64,000 nucleotides of DNA from an uncultured Acidimicrobiaceae bacterium (GCA_964617995.1 CAZTXD010000002.1:4862-68861); one strand, 5' to 3'. Shown: positions 19,739 through 32,506, numbered from the stretch's first letter. Made by a program: numbers and translations. Notes: a model not told the origin generated them from the letters alone.

Positions 19739-20337
19739 AAGCCCGGCTCTACGACTGGATCTACCGGATCGGCGCACCCTGGGACCGGGTAGGGGTTCGC
19801 ACCGATCTCGTCGACCTGATCTCCTCCGGCGTGGTCCATCCCGAGAGCCACCCCCGCTCCATCGACCTCGGCTGCGGCACCGGCGCCAACGTCGTCTACC
19901 TGGCCGAGCAAGGCTTCGACTCCCACGGCGTCGACTTCTCACCCGTGGCGGTAGACAAGGCGCGACGCCGAGCGGAGACCGCCGGAGTCGGCGTCCATCT
20001 GATCGTCGCTGATCTGACCGCCGGCACCATTCCGGAACTGCAAGGCCCCTTCGACCTCGTCATCGACTTCGGCACCCTCGACGACCTGCGAGGCGACGAC
20101 CGTCGCGCCATGGCAGACCTCATCACCGAGATCGCCCGGCCCGGAACACGGTTCCTCGAATGGTGCTTCTACGGCAACACCGACCAACTCCCCATGATCA
20201 GCTTCCGGGGTACCTCGAAGATGAGCCACATCGCCCCCGGAGAGCTGGAGGACCTCTTCGGCGACGCCTGGGAGATCCAACCCTTCTCAGCCAACGAGGA
20301 GTGGCGAACCGCATGCTTCCTCCTCACCCTTCGGTAG
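19735..20337 (+). CDS. Class I SAM-dependent methyltransferase
   Basis: Motif I 'IDLGCGTGAN', ATG 19735 overlapping upstream stop. Confidence 0.8.
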   Translation: MKARLYDWIYRIGAPWDRVGVRTDLVDLISSGVVHPESHPRSIDLGCGTGANVVYLAEQGFDSHGVDFSPVAVDKARRRAETAGVGVHLIVADLTAGTIPELQGPFDLVIDFGTLDDLRGDDRRAMADLITEIARPGTRFLEWCFYGNTDQLPMISFRGTSKMSHIAPGELEDLFGDAWEIQPFSANEEWRTACFLLTLR

Positions 20338-20673
20338 AAGCCCAATCAGCACTCGACGGTCGGCATCCCGAGGTGAACCGGCCAATAACGGAGGTCGGCA
20401 AGCATGGCCGTCGATACCGACGTCGCTGGTGACAGGTGCTCCGATACCCGCGCCGACCTCATCCGAGGTCGAACAGGCGAGCCTCGGCGGCATCGAGGCT
20501 GAGCCGGATCGCCCCCAGAGTCGCCGCCTCCTCCCCGAGTCTGGAGAGACGCGAGTTTGGTTCTCCGTAACACCCGCTCCGCGACCAGCCTTTGGACGAC
20601 GTCGAACAACGGTCGCCAATCAGCGGTGCCGTCCCCCCGAGCACCATCACACGTGCATCGAGGACGAGCACCA

Positions 20674-21965
20674 ATGCGCTCTATGGATAGTATCGAAGTT
20701 GTGCTGGGCCCCCCAGGAATCACCACCCTCGCTGTCATAGGTGGGGGACACCGGGGATCGACGCTCGCTCGCCATGCCATCGAGAGTGGGCGGGGACGGG
20801 TCAGCGCAGTCGCCGAGCCGGATGAGGGTCGCCGCCAGTCGCTCATGGACTTCCCCGGTCTCGGGCCCGGCCAAGGGTTCGAATCGTGGGAACAGCTAGT
20901 CGCTCGAGAGCAGCTCGGCGACGCAGCGATCGTGGCGACCCATGACACCGATCACGCCGAGCCCGCGATCGCACTGGCGGAGAGCGGGTATCACGTTCTC
21001 CTGGAGAAGCCCATGGCCGGCAACGAGTTCGATGCCGCCCGTATAGTGAAGACTGCCCGGGAGTGCGGCGTCCTTTTGGCCGTGTGTCTGGTCCTCCGCT
21101 ATGCCCCCTACACCGGTCGTCTCCGGCGGGTGATCGACTCAGGCGTCCTCGGGGAGATCGTCAGCGTTGATCATCTCGAACCGGTCGGCTGGTGGCACCA
21201 GGCGCATTCCTATGTACGCGGTCCCTGGCGAAACGAGTCCGCGTCGTCGCCCATGCTGCTGGCCAAGTCGGTTCACGACATCGACTGGATCGTCGACATA
21301 GTCGGACATCGGGCCCGCCGGGTCTCCTCCTTCGGCAGCCTCTACCACTTCCGTCCCGAGCAGGCCCCCGAGGGTGCGGCGGACAACTGCCTCGACGTCC
21401 GGTGGAGCCGACATGTCCCTACTCCGCTCCCCGTCTATACCTGTCCTGCCTGGGTGACCCCTCCGCCGAGGACTGGCCGCTGTCGACGGTCACAGACGCC
21501 CGGACACGCGAAGGTGTGCTAAACGCGCTCCGAACGAGTCCCTACGGCAGGTGCGTCTACTCATGCGACAACGACGTGGTCGACCATCAGGTGGTAGCAC
21601 TCGAGTTCGAGAAGGGCATCACCGCTTCCTTCACGATGGCCGCCTTCACACCAAAGCGATTTCGCCAGACCCGCATCTTCGGAACCCACGGCTACGCCGA
21701 AGGAGACGGCCACGAGATTCAGATACACAACTTCCGCACGCAGGAACGTCAGGCCGTTGAGGGATTCGACCAGCTGGAGCTGGTCGGAGCCCACGGTGGG
21801 GGTGATCGGGGTCTCGTCGTCGCCTTCCTCGATGCGGTCGCTCGGAACGACGGCTCAGGTCTGGCACCACCGGAAGAGAGCTTGGAGTCACACCGTGTGG
21901 CATGGGCCGCCGAGGAGGCCCGCCGCCGCGGACAGGTCGTCGACCTGGCGCCGAACGGCGCGTAA
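20674..21965 (+). pseudogene. Gfo/Idh/MocA family oxidoreductase with internal +/-1 frameshift (or sequencing indel)
   Basis: N-terminal Rossmann part in frame of ORF 20557-21522 ('LAVIGGGHRG', 'EKPMAGN'), C-terminal part in frame of ORF 21192-21965 ('TCPYSAPRLYL..'); switch near 21385-21395. Confidence 0.6.
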
Positions 21966-21983
21966 CCGAGGATTTACCAAACC

Positions 21984-22370
21984 ATGCTTCCGCAAGATGA
22001 CGCGGACGCAGCACTGGCGTTCTCCCGGGATACCCTCGGCTTCGAGGTCCGCAACGACGTCGAACACGGCGGGATGCACTGGATCACGGTCGGCCCGGCC
22101 GACCAGCCCGGCACATCCATCGTCCTGTATCCGCCATCCGCCGCTCCCGGTCTCACCGACGACGAGCGGCGCACCCTTTCCGAGATGATGGCCAAGGGGA
22201 CCTTCGCCAGCATCAACCTGGCCACCACCGACCTCGACGGCACCTTCGAGCAGCTGCAAACAAGTGACGCGGCCGAGGTGGTCCAGGAGCCGACCGACCA
22301 GCCGTACGGAGTTCGCGATTGCGCCTTCCGCGATCCCGCGGGAAACCTGATCCGCATCCAGGAGCTCTGA
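21984..22370 (+). CDS. VOC/glyoxalase family protein
   Basis: 128 aa glyoxalase/bleomycin-resistance-like paired beta-alpha-beta-beta-beta modules. Confidence 0.65.
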   Translation: MLPQDDADAALAFSRDTLGFEVRNDVEHGGMHWITVGPADQPGTSIVLYPPSAAPGLTDDERRTLSEMMAKGTFASINLATTDLDGTFEQLQTSDAAEVVQEPTDQPYGVRDCAFRDPAGNLIRIQEL

Positions 22371-22418
22371 TTGATCTCACCGGGATGTGGTTCACAGCCG
22401 GGACGTGGCTGTTTTCTG

Positions 22419-22790
22419 CTAGCCGAAGAACTCTGTGATCGCCTGGGTGTCGTCCGACATCGACCAGCGCTCTGTGATCTTCCCGTCTGAGACATGAAGC
22501 ACCTCGGCGGTCCGATAGCTGAGCTCCTTACCGCCGGTCTTCACGTTGGTCTCGACGAGAGCAACCACATGATCGTCGTTTCCCACCACATCGTGAAGGT
22601 TTCCCGAGAATTCGACTCCCTCCATCTCGCCCAAGCTGGCCGCTAAAGCCTCCTTGCCCCTGACGGTTCGGCCACCGATCTCATGCCACAGGACATCGTC
22701 GGCGATGACTTGATCCCACTGGCTCATGTCGCCCGCCATGAACGCCTCCATGGCCTGGCGGACCAATGCTGCGTTGGGATGATCTCCCAT
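22419..22790 (-). CDS. SnoaL-like / NTF2-like domain protein
   Basis: 123 aa; ketosteroid-isomerase-like pattern. Confidence 0.6.
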   Translation of the reverse strand: MGDHPNAALVRQAMEAFMAGDMSQWDQVIADDVLWHEIGGRTVRGKEALAASLGEMEGVEFSGNLHDVVGNDDHVVALVETNVKTGGKELSYRTAEVLHVSDGKITERWSMSDDTQAITEFFG

Positions 22791-23085
22791 ATCGTCCTCC
22801 TTTGATCGCGCAAGACAAACCTACACATGCTCGATCGAGGCGTTCCACGAGTGTGCATCCGTCATCCCGCTCGGATGCTCCCTGCACGCTCGAGTGGCGG
22901 TGTCAGGCGGCGGGCTGAGTGCTATGGCGGACGGTGCGCCGACGGAAACGGCAGACCGGCAGGAACCTGGCCGCCATTCCGGCCGTCGTCAGGGCTGGTC
23001 GGAGCGTGCCAACCGTCGCCGATGGGGACTGGGAAGGCGGCCTCCCTAACCTGACCGACAGCCACCAGATGGAGACACGATAGGA

Positions 23086-25464
<2,379 letters not shown>

Positions 25465-25467
25465 CCG

Positions 25468-25932
25468 ATGGCCCCGCGACCTCAGACGATCAGCTGGGGT
25501 GAGTTCGCCAAGCGTGAGCCGGAGCTGGCGCGGTTCGGGGCAGGCAGATTGACCGCAGCGCCTGCATATCTGGCGACGGTTCGTCGGTCGGGGGCGCCTC
25601 GTGTGCATCCGGTGACACCGATCTTCACTGTTGTCGGGCTGTTCCTGTTCATGGAGCCGACCTCTCCCAAAGGGAGAGACCTCCGGGAGCGGGGACGGTT
25701 CTCCTTGCACAATGGTGTCCCGGACAATGCAGGCTCCGGTGGCGAGTTCTATGTCGGGGGCCGTGGCCTCGCGGTGGAAGACCTGGACGTCTGGTCCCAC
25801 GTGGCCGACTCGGCCAGTTATGCGCCCGCCGACCGCTACATCCTGTTCGAGTTGCAGCTGAGCGAGGCGCGTTGTAACGGGTACGGCGACGCGCCCTTGC
25901 CCTCCACTCAGAGGTGGTCGGTCGACCAATAG
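25468..25932 (+). CDS. PPOX-class (pyridoxamine 5'-phosphate oxidase-like) FMN/F420-binding protein
   Basis: 154 aa split-barrel-like sequence; 3 bp after UvrA-like gene. Confidence 0.55.
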   Translation: MAPRPQTISWGEFAKREPELARFGAGRLTAAPAYLATVRRSGAPRVHPVTPIFTVVGLFLFMEPTSPKGRDLRERGRFSLHNGVPDNAGSGGEFYVGGRGLAVEDLDVWSHVADSASYAPADRYILFELQLSEARCNGYGDAPLPSTQRWSVDQ

Positions 25933-26095
25933 GCAGTAACAGGTTCCCCATAGCAACAGGTGGTGGTTTCGAGACGTGTTGCACGCTCGACTTCGAACGC
26001 AAGAGTCGCGACGTTGCTGACCGGAGATTTGCTGTCGGCCCAATCCTGCGGCCCCTGGTCAGGAATGGCGTCCCGACAACTGATCAATTGTTACG

Positions 26096-27304
26096 TCAGG
26101 AGCGCGGGTGCAGGTATTGATCCCGAAGCAGCGTACGACGCTCGCCGTAGCGCCAGGTCTCGAAGGCGACCATGACCCACAGCATGGTCGTGACTCCGGC
26201 CAATGTGGCTAGCGAATCGAGGCTACCGACCACCGGGATCACGGCGAGCAAGACAAAGGCGAGGATCAGACGCTGATAGTTGATCGAATGCGCGTTCCGC
26301 AGCCGTAACGCTACGTGAGCCAGCAGGTAGATGGCCACCCCGCCCAGCATCGCGAACGCCGCCTCCGTGTTCAGCGGGTCGTCGACATGGGAGAGCGTGT
26401 TCTCCAGACCGACGGCGACGAGGACGATCCCGGCTGCCATCGGGTAGTGGAGATAAGAGTATGAGTCGCGGGCCAGGGTATTTCGCACTCGTCCCTCGGC
26501 GGCGGCAGCCAGGCGGCGCTCTGTGACCACTGCGACCACGTCGAAGTAGATCCACCACAACGCGGCCGCCACGCCGACGCCGAGGACCGCAGCAACGATC
26601 ACTGCCCTGCTGAAACCGACCTCGGCACCGACGCCCAACGCCACGATCGACTCCCCCAGTGCCAGGATGATGATCAGGCCGTGCCGCTCGGCGAAGTGTG
26701 CCGGCACCAGATTCCAGCCTTCCACCCCGAAGATGGCCGGACCGCCGAAGTCGATTAGGATGGCAAGCCCCCACATCGCCAGTCGTGCGCCCTCGTCCAC
26801 GAACGATGCGCCGACCAGGAGTCCGATGCCTATCGCCGAGCTCGCCGCCAGCGTGGCCACCGAGTGGCGAAGACTCGGATTGTCACGGCTGGCGATAACG
26901 AACAGGGCAAGGTGTGCCGCCCGGACCAAACCGTAGGCAATGGCGAATGGGAGCGCTCTCTCACCGAAAGCTTCGGGCACAGTCAAGGCCACGACCAATA
27001 ACGCGGCCATGGTCCCGAACATCACGAAACGGACTTCTCCCTCCTCCGGGTCTACGACGCTGGTCAGCCAGGCAAACCCGGCCCATGCCCACCACAGAAT
27101 GGCGAGGACGAAGAGCCCTTGAATGATCCCCACCAAGGAGAGATGCTCCACTATCAGAGCGGTGCATTGAGTGAACGCCAAGACGAAGACCAAGTCGAAG
27201 AAGAGTTCCAGGAACCGCACCTTCGACTCGTCGCGGAGCACCGCGCGAATTCGTGGTCGCGGTGCACGGGCATTCCCCGGGGTGTTGCCATCGCGGTCAG
27301 TCAT
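26096..27304 (-). CDS. Low-temperature-requirement A (LtrA) family membrane protein
   Basis: 402 aa; 'LELFFDLVFVLAFTQ' hallmark, polytopic. Confidence 0.75.
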   Translation of the reverse strand: MTDRDGNTPGNARAPRPRIRAVLRDESKVRFLELFFDLVFVLAFTQCTALIVEHLSLVGIIQGLFVLAILWWAWAGFAWLTSVVDPEEGEVRFVMFGTMAALLVVALTVPEAFGERALPFAIAYGLVRAAHLALFVIASRDNPSLRHSVATLAASSAIGIGLLVGASFVDEGARLAMWGLAILIDFGGPAIFGVEGWNLVPAHFAERHGLIIILALGESIVALGVGAEVGFSRAVIVAAVLGVGVAAALWWIYFDVVAVVTERRLAAAAEGRVRNTLARDSYSYLHYPMAAGIVLVAVGLENTLSHVDDPLNTEAAFAMLGGVAIYLLAHVALRLRNAHSINYQRLILAFVLLAVIPVVGSLDSLATLAGVTTMLWVMVAFETWRYGERRTLLRDQYLHPRS

Positions 27305-27493
27305 TGCGGTGTTTCCGCTTTGGTCGAGCCAATGGCTATCCGTTGAAGGCGACTGCGAGATCTAGCCGCGGTCATCGCCGACACCGTACCGCCCACTAAT
27401 CGAGTTAACGAGACACGCGCAGGACTGTCCCCGTGAACGTCGTCGTGGAGGCGCCAAAGCAGCGGTGGGTACGGTCTTTTCGTCGCGCTCGCC

Positions 27494-28366
27494 TCAACCT
27501 CGCGAAAGGGGCGCCGGCTCGTCAAGGCGGGCGAGCTTGTGCGGGTTGCGGATCGCGTAGATGCGGGTGATCCGGCCGTTCTCGATGGCCAGGCTGACCG
27601 CGGTGTCCAGCACGCCGGCCTGGTCGATCCGCACCGCCGGGGCTCCGTTGAGCCACATGGTGGAGGCCACCGCGTCGGGCGCGACCCGTCTGAGGCCGGA
27701 GAGCGCCGTTGCCACCTGCTCCATGCCCTCGATGGGGCGCCGGAAGGCGGGCGCGAGACCGCCGCCGTCCGCGATTAGAACCACGTCCGGGGCCATCACA
27801 TCCATCAGGCCCTGCACATCACCGGAGGTGATCGCGGTCAGGAAATGCTCCACGACCTGCTGCTGCTCGGTCCGGCTGACCTCCATCCGCGGGCGTCGAG
27901 CGGCAACGTGGCCCCGCGCCCGATTGGCGATCTGTCGCACGGCTGCCGGCTTCTTGCCGACCGCCTCGGCGATCTCGTCGTAGGGCGTGTCGAAGACCTC
28001 GCGCAGCACGAACACCGCTCGCTCGGCCGGGCCGAGCGTCTCGAGCACGGTGAGCATCGCAATCGAGACGCTCTCCGCGAGCTCGACGTCCTCGGCGACG
28101 TCGGGGCTGGTCAGCAGCGGCTCCGGCAACCACTCTCCCACGTACTCCTCCCGCCGGCGGGAGAGCGTGCGTAGACGGTTGAGCGCCTGTCGGGTCACGA
28201 TCCGCACCAGGTACGCACGAGGGTCGCGCACCCCGGCGTGGTCGACGTCGGCCCACCGCAGCCAGGTCTCCTGCACGACGTCCTCGGCGTCGGCCGCCGA
28301 GCCGAGCATCGCGTAGGCGACCGTGAAGAGCAGGCCGCGGTGGGTGACGAACGGGTCGTCGCTCAT
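27494..28366 (-). CDS. ECF RNA polymerase sigma factor, SigJ-like with C-terminal SnoaL-like extension
   Basis: sigma2 'DAEDVVQETWLRW', sigma4 'YDEIAEAVGKKPAAVRQIANRARGHV', approx 110-aa C-terminal extension. Confidence 0.85.
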   Translation of the reverse strand: MSDDPFVTHRGLLFTVAYAMLGSAADAEDVVQETWLRWADVDHAGVRDPRAYLVRIVTRQALNRLRTLSRRREEYVGEWLPEPLLTSPDVAEDVELAESVSIAMLTVLETLGPAERAVFVLREVFDTPYDEIAEAVGKKPAAVRQIANRARGHVAARRPRMEVSRTEQQQVVEHFLTAITSGDVQGLMDVMAPDVVLIADGGGLAPAFRRPIEGMEQVATALSGLRRVAPDAVASTMWLNGAPAVRIDQAGVLDTAVSLAIENGRITRIYAIRNPHKLARLDEPAPLSRG

Positions 28367-28963
28367 CCTGAGGACGCTACCCCGTGCCGGGCGGTCGGCT
28401 CTGCCAACGGCTTCAGGTCACACGCCGCCGCGAAGCCGTCCGACTCGATTCCGAACGCCACGTTGGACCGCGCATAGAAGTTGGCCAGTGAAATGAACGC
28501 GGTCAGTTCGACCATCGCCGCCGCCCCGAGTTGCTCCAGCAGCCGGGCGGACACCACGTCGGTGACCGTGGGCGGCGTCTGGCTCATCGCTTCCGCGTAC
28601 CCCATCACTTCGCGCTCCAGCGGGGTGAAGACGTCCGACTCCCGCCAGCGGGGCACCTCGCGCGCTTTATCCAGGTCGAGGTCCTCGTTGTGGGCCTGGA
28701 AATAGCCGAAGTCGAGGCACCAGGTGCAGCCCACCAGCGACGCCACTGCCATGTGGGCGAACGACTTCAGGCTGGGGTCGCACGCCTCCCACTTGTGGGC
28801 CTTGCCGCTGATCGCGAAATAGCCCTTGAGCACAGCGCGGTTGTTCCAATACACCCCGAGGGGCGACGGCACCTCGCCGAGCAACTTCTTGCTGAACCGT
28901 TTCACCATTGCCCCGTAGACGCCGGTGATCTCTGTCTTTGGGATCCTCGTGCTGTTGGCCATG
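28363..28963 (-). CDS. Carboxymuconolactone decarboxylase (AhpD-like) family protein
   Basis: Start ATG (MANSTRIPK) preceded by GGAGG; 'GCTWCLDFG' CxxC-type AhpD-core motif; stop overlaps sigma-factor start. Confidence 0.7.
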
Positions 28964-29179
28964 TCGCCTCCTTGGGGCGATGGGTTCGTCATCCCTCTGA
29001 CATGAAGACACCGGACGGCACAGATTTGTGACAGATCGCCCACGTACCTGGACAATGCTGACCGGCACCGACAACGCCGAGGCGATCAGCCATGGCGTGT
29101 ACGACACCAAGCGGCCTCTCCTCGTCGCCCCTACGACGGGCGAGCGCCGTCGATTCCACCCCACTGGTCGAACAGATCG

Positions 29180-29953
29180 ATGATCGCCACGACGCTCCCA
29201 GGGAGAGTCCCACCGCAACCTCGACCTTCTTATCTTCGAAGTCAGCGGCGGCCGCATAGCATCCGGTCGGTGAGCGAGCGTATCGACCTCGGGGCGAGCT
29301 ATCGACGGGCCCATGAGACTGTGGCCGAGCTCGTCCGGACTCTGAGCCCCCAACAACTCCAGACCTCGGTCCCGGCATGTCCCGGATGGTCGGTTCATGA
29401 CGTCGTCTCGCATCTGACGGGAGTCGTCACCGATGTCGTCGGCGGCCGGCCGTATGTCGGGCATGACGAGCAGGCTGCCTCTCAGGTGGGGGAGCGAGCG
29501 GAGACCCCCACCTCGGTGGTGTTGCGGGAGTGGGAGCGATCCGCATCGCAGTTCGAGGTGGTTCTCAGCCGATCCGGGGTGTCTGACCTCACGCCGGTGT
29601 TGGACGTCGCCGTTCACGAGCAGGACATCCGCGGCGCCCTCGGCCTCCCTGGCAACCGAGACGGCGAGCTCATCCAACTGGCCGTCGAGCGTGCCGCTCA
29701 ACTCCTGCTGAGCAAGTTGGAGAGTGCCGGGCTGGACCCAGTCGTCATCATGGACGACGCCGGCTCAGTGGTCGCCGGCCACTCCGATGCGCCCGTGTCC
29801 ATTCGGATGTCACCCTTCGAGTACTTCAGAGCGGCTTACGGTCGTCGGAGCCGAGCCCAGATAGAGCGTCGCATCCATGGCACACGCGAGGCCGGCTTCT
29901 ACGTGCCCTTGCTCTGTGTCTCCGGGCCGGCGGAGGCTGACATCATCGAGTAG
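29180..29953 (+). CDS. Mycothiol-dependent maleylpyruvate isomerase N-terminal domain (DinB_2-like) family protein
   Basis: 'ETVAELVRTLSPQQLQTSVPACPGWSVHDVVSHLT' hallmark; true start probably internal (about 29270). Confidence 0.65.
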   Translation: MIATTLPGRVPPQPRPSYLRSQRRPHSIRSVSERIDLGASYRRAHETVAELVRTLSPQQLQTSVPACPGWSVHDVVSHLTGVVTDVVGGRPYVGHDEQAASQVGERAETPTSVVLREWERSASQFEVVLSRSGVSDLTPVLDVAVHEQDIRGALGLPGNRDGELIQLAVERAAQLLLSKLESAGLDPVVIMDDAGSVVAGHSDAPVSIRMSPFEYFRAAYGRRSRAQIERRIHGTREAGFYVPLLCVSGPAEADIIE

Positions 29954-30104
29954 TGAGCCGGCGCCGCCGCAACTTGTCGGTCAAGCGGTGGGCCAGGCCG
30001 GTCGGGTCGTCTGACGGATGGGACGTGGTCTCGACGGCATCCGGTCATTCACATGCCGGTGGTAGGGATCGTCCCTCCTGGTGAGCACCGACGCCTTTCC
30101 GTCG

Positions 30105-30776
30105 TCAAGCCTCGGTTCGGATGGCGTCGAGCGCCTCGAGGACGAGATTGAGACCGAACGCGAACTCGGTGTCATAGTCGAAGACGGAGGTCGTTTCCTG
30201 CAGGGCGGCGAATTCGGCGAGATGGGAGTACTCATCGCTCTGGAAGTGTTCGAGGCGGTCTTCGGACGTCTCTCCGGGCCCGTTCGCGGCGTCGAAGGGC
30301 AGGCTCATCTCTTGGATGACATGACCGTAGACATAGCTGTCCAACACCCAGAAGGCGTGGGCGGCGGCCTCCACCGAGAAGCCACCTGCCCGCAGACTGG
30401 CGATGATGGCGTCGAGGTAGCGCAATACCGTCGGCCCGGTGGAGCCTCGGGACTCAAAAAGCCCGATCGCCCATGGATGGCGGCGCAACACCTGCCGTGC
30501 CGACACCGCCCGTTTTCGCATCGCCGTTTTCCAGTCGGACCCGGGTGTCGGGATCTCTATCTCCGTCACAACCAGGTCGACGATCCCGTCGAGGATCTCA
30601 TCCTTGTTGGCCACGTGTTTGTAGAGCGACATCGCCTCGACACCGAGCTCACGACCGAGCCGGCGCATGGTCAGGGAGTCGAGACCGCTTCGGTCGGCTA
30701 GGGCCACCGCGGCTCTCAGGACACGTTGTCTGGTCAACGGACGCCGGGGGACCGGGTTCTCCTCGTCGCGCTCCAT
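30105..30776 (-). CDS. TetR/AcrR family transcriptional regulator
   Basis: N-terminal HTH 'LTMRRLGRELGVEAMSLYKHVANKDEIL', TetR_C-type C-terminal domain. Confidence 0.85.
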   Translation of the reverse strand: MERDEENPVPRRPLTRQRVLRAAVALADRSGLDSLTMRRLGRELGVEAMSLYKHVANKDEILDGIVDLVVTEIEIPTPGSDWKTAMRKRAVSARQVLRRHPWAIGLFESRGSTGPTVLRYLDAIIASLRAGGFSVEAAAHAFWVLDSYVYGHVIQEMSLPFDAANGPGETSEDRLEHFQSDEYSHLAEFAALQETTSVFDYDTEFAFGLNLVLEALDAIRTEA

Positions 30777-30784
30777 CTTGACAG

Positions 30785-30816
30785 CTTACTAAGTACACCC
30801 TAGATTACTTAGTAAG
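30785..30816. promoter_or_regulatory. Perfect 11-bp inverted repeat (candidate TetR operator) in divergent promoter region
   Basis: CTTACTAAGTA-N10-TACTTAGTAAG between TetR (30776, minus) and membrane protein gene (30839, plus). Confidence 0.6.
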
Positions 30817-30838
30817 CCAACACGGAGACAGATGTGAC

Positions 30839-31354
30839 ATGTCCGCGAGGACGAACAATCCAAGAAAGCAGAGGGTACGAATGACCGCAGAAACGAAGTT
30901 CGACCCGTCCACCGTGAGCGTGAGGGTCAAAATCTCGGCGCTCTGGACGTCGATGCTGTTCGTCTTCGCCTACGTCGACCTCTTCAGCCTCTACCGACCC
31001 GACTTCCGGGCCGACATCGAGGCTGGCGAAATCAGTGGGTTCGCCGTCAACCAGGCGTTCCTTTTCGCGACCACCGCCTATGTTGTCATTCCCAGTCTCA
31101 TGGTGTTCTGCGCGCTCATCCTGCGACCACGAGTCAACCGAATCCTCAACGTCGCGCTGAGCATCATCTACGCGCTCACCATCATCGCCGGCGCGATCGG
31201 CGAGTGGAGCTACTACGTCTTCGGCAGCGCGACCGAGGTGGCCCTCCTCGCGGCCATCGCGTACTACGCCTGGACCTGGCCGAAAGAAACCCCATCAACC
31301 GCCACGACCGGACCAGAGCCGACCCCTCACCACATCCAACCCAGCGCTCCGTAG
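30839..31354 (+). CDS. Small membrane protein (DUF6326-like)
   Basis: 171 aa, four hydrophobic helices; divergent from TetR. Confidence 0.5.
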   Translation: MSARTNNPRKQRVRMTAETKFDPSTVSVRVKISALWTSMLFVFAYVDLFSLYRPDFRADIEAGEISGFAVNQAFLFATTAYVVIPSLMVFCALILRPRVNRILNVALSIIYALTIIAGAIGEWSYYVFGSATEVALLAAIAYYAWTWPKETPSTATTGPEPTPHHIQPSAP

Positions 31355-31540
31355 CGCACCAGCAGGCCGCCACCTTCGTCCGCCCCGACGCGCTGGTCCA
31401 ACGGTGCGAGTCGTGCAATCCCGGTCCGGTCACCGAAATCGAACGGGGCCGGTCGCGCCCTGGATCAGGCGGGCTCTCTTGCAGATGGCATCGCTTTCCC
31501 TGGTCAGCCAGTACCCCGGCCTGCTGATACGCTGCGCTGC

Positions 31541-32506
31541 ATGACAGACACCGTTGTGGTGATCGACTGGCTTCTCGACTCCGACCCTTCGATCAGGTGG
31601 CAGGTGATGCGCGACTTGCTCGACGCTCCGGAGTCGGAGTGGACGGCGGAACGAGCCAAGGTGGAGACCGACGGCTGGGGAGCCCGGCTCCTGTCCTACG
31701 AGGACGAGGACGGGCAATGGGCGGGTGGCGCCTTTCTCCCCAGAGATTTCGACGTCCGCGAGTGGCGCGAGGTCGGTCAGCCGTGGACGGCCACGACATA
31801 CTCGTTGTCGCAGCTCCGGGAGTTTGGTTTCGATCCCACGTCGGAGCGGGCCAAACGAGCTGTCGAATTGATCGGCGCCAACTCACGCTGGGATCACGAC
31901 GGCCAGCCCTTCTGGGAGGGGGAAGTCGAGGAGTGCATCAACGGCCGGACCGTTGCCGACGGCGCCTATTTCGGAGTCGACATTTCGTCCATTGTCGACA
32001 GGCTGATAGGCGAGCGTCTCGACGACGGCGGCTGGAACTGTGAGAGGATCAACGGCTCGGTCCGCTCGTCATTCGCCAGCACGATCAACGTGCTGGAAGG
32101 GCTCCTCGAATACGAGAGAGCCACCGGGGGCACGCCTGAATCCCGGGAGGCGCGCCAGTCGGGTGAGGAGTATCTCCTGGAGCGCAACCTCTTCCGCCGT
32201 CTCAGCACGGGTGAGCCGGCAGACGAGCGCTTTCTCCTGTTCCTGCATCCGAACCGCTGGCGCTACGACGTCCTCCGAGCACTGGACTACTTCCGGTCTG
32301 CCGCCATCCTGACCGGGGCCGCCCCCGACCCGCGGCTCGGCGAGGCTATCGACCACGTTCGTTCCAGACGATTGGAGGATGGCACCTGGCCTCTCGACTG
32401 GAGCCTGCCGGGGCGGGTGTGGTTCGATGTCGACGACGGGGAGGACCAGCCCTCCCGTTGGGTGACCTTTCGGGCGATGCGGGTGCTCAGATGGTGGGAG
32501 GGTTAG
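31541..32506 (+). CDS. Prenyltransferase/squalene-oxidase-repeat (terpene-cyclase-like alpha-alpha toroid) protein
   Basis: 321 aa with repeated QW-type motifs (DEDGQWAGG, DDGGWNCE, EDGTWPLDW). Confidence 0.55.
   Translation: MTDTVVVIDWLLDSDPSIRWQVMRDLLDAPESEWTAERAKVETDGWGARLLSYEDEDGQWAGGAFLPRDFDVREWREVGQPWTATTYSLSQLREFGFDPTSERAKRAVELIGANSRWDHDGQPFWEGEVEECINGRTVADGAYFGVDISSIVDRLIGERLDDGGWNCERINGSVRSSFASTINVLEGLLEYERATGGTPESREARQSGEEYLLERNLFRRLSTGEPADERFLLFLHPNRWRYDVLRALDYFRSAAILTGAAPDPRLGEAIDHVRSRRLEDGTWPLDWSLPGRVWFDVDDGEDQPSRWVTFRAMRVLRWWEG

Noticed and set aside
20338-20673. 335-bp gap before the Gfo/Idh/MocA gene with several minus-strand ORFs (20346-20948, 20459-20674, 20287-20619).
   Set aside because: The translations lack motifs and are compositionally biased. 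It is treated as a promoter/leader region.
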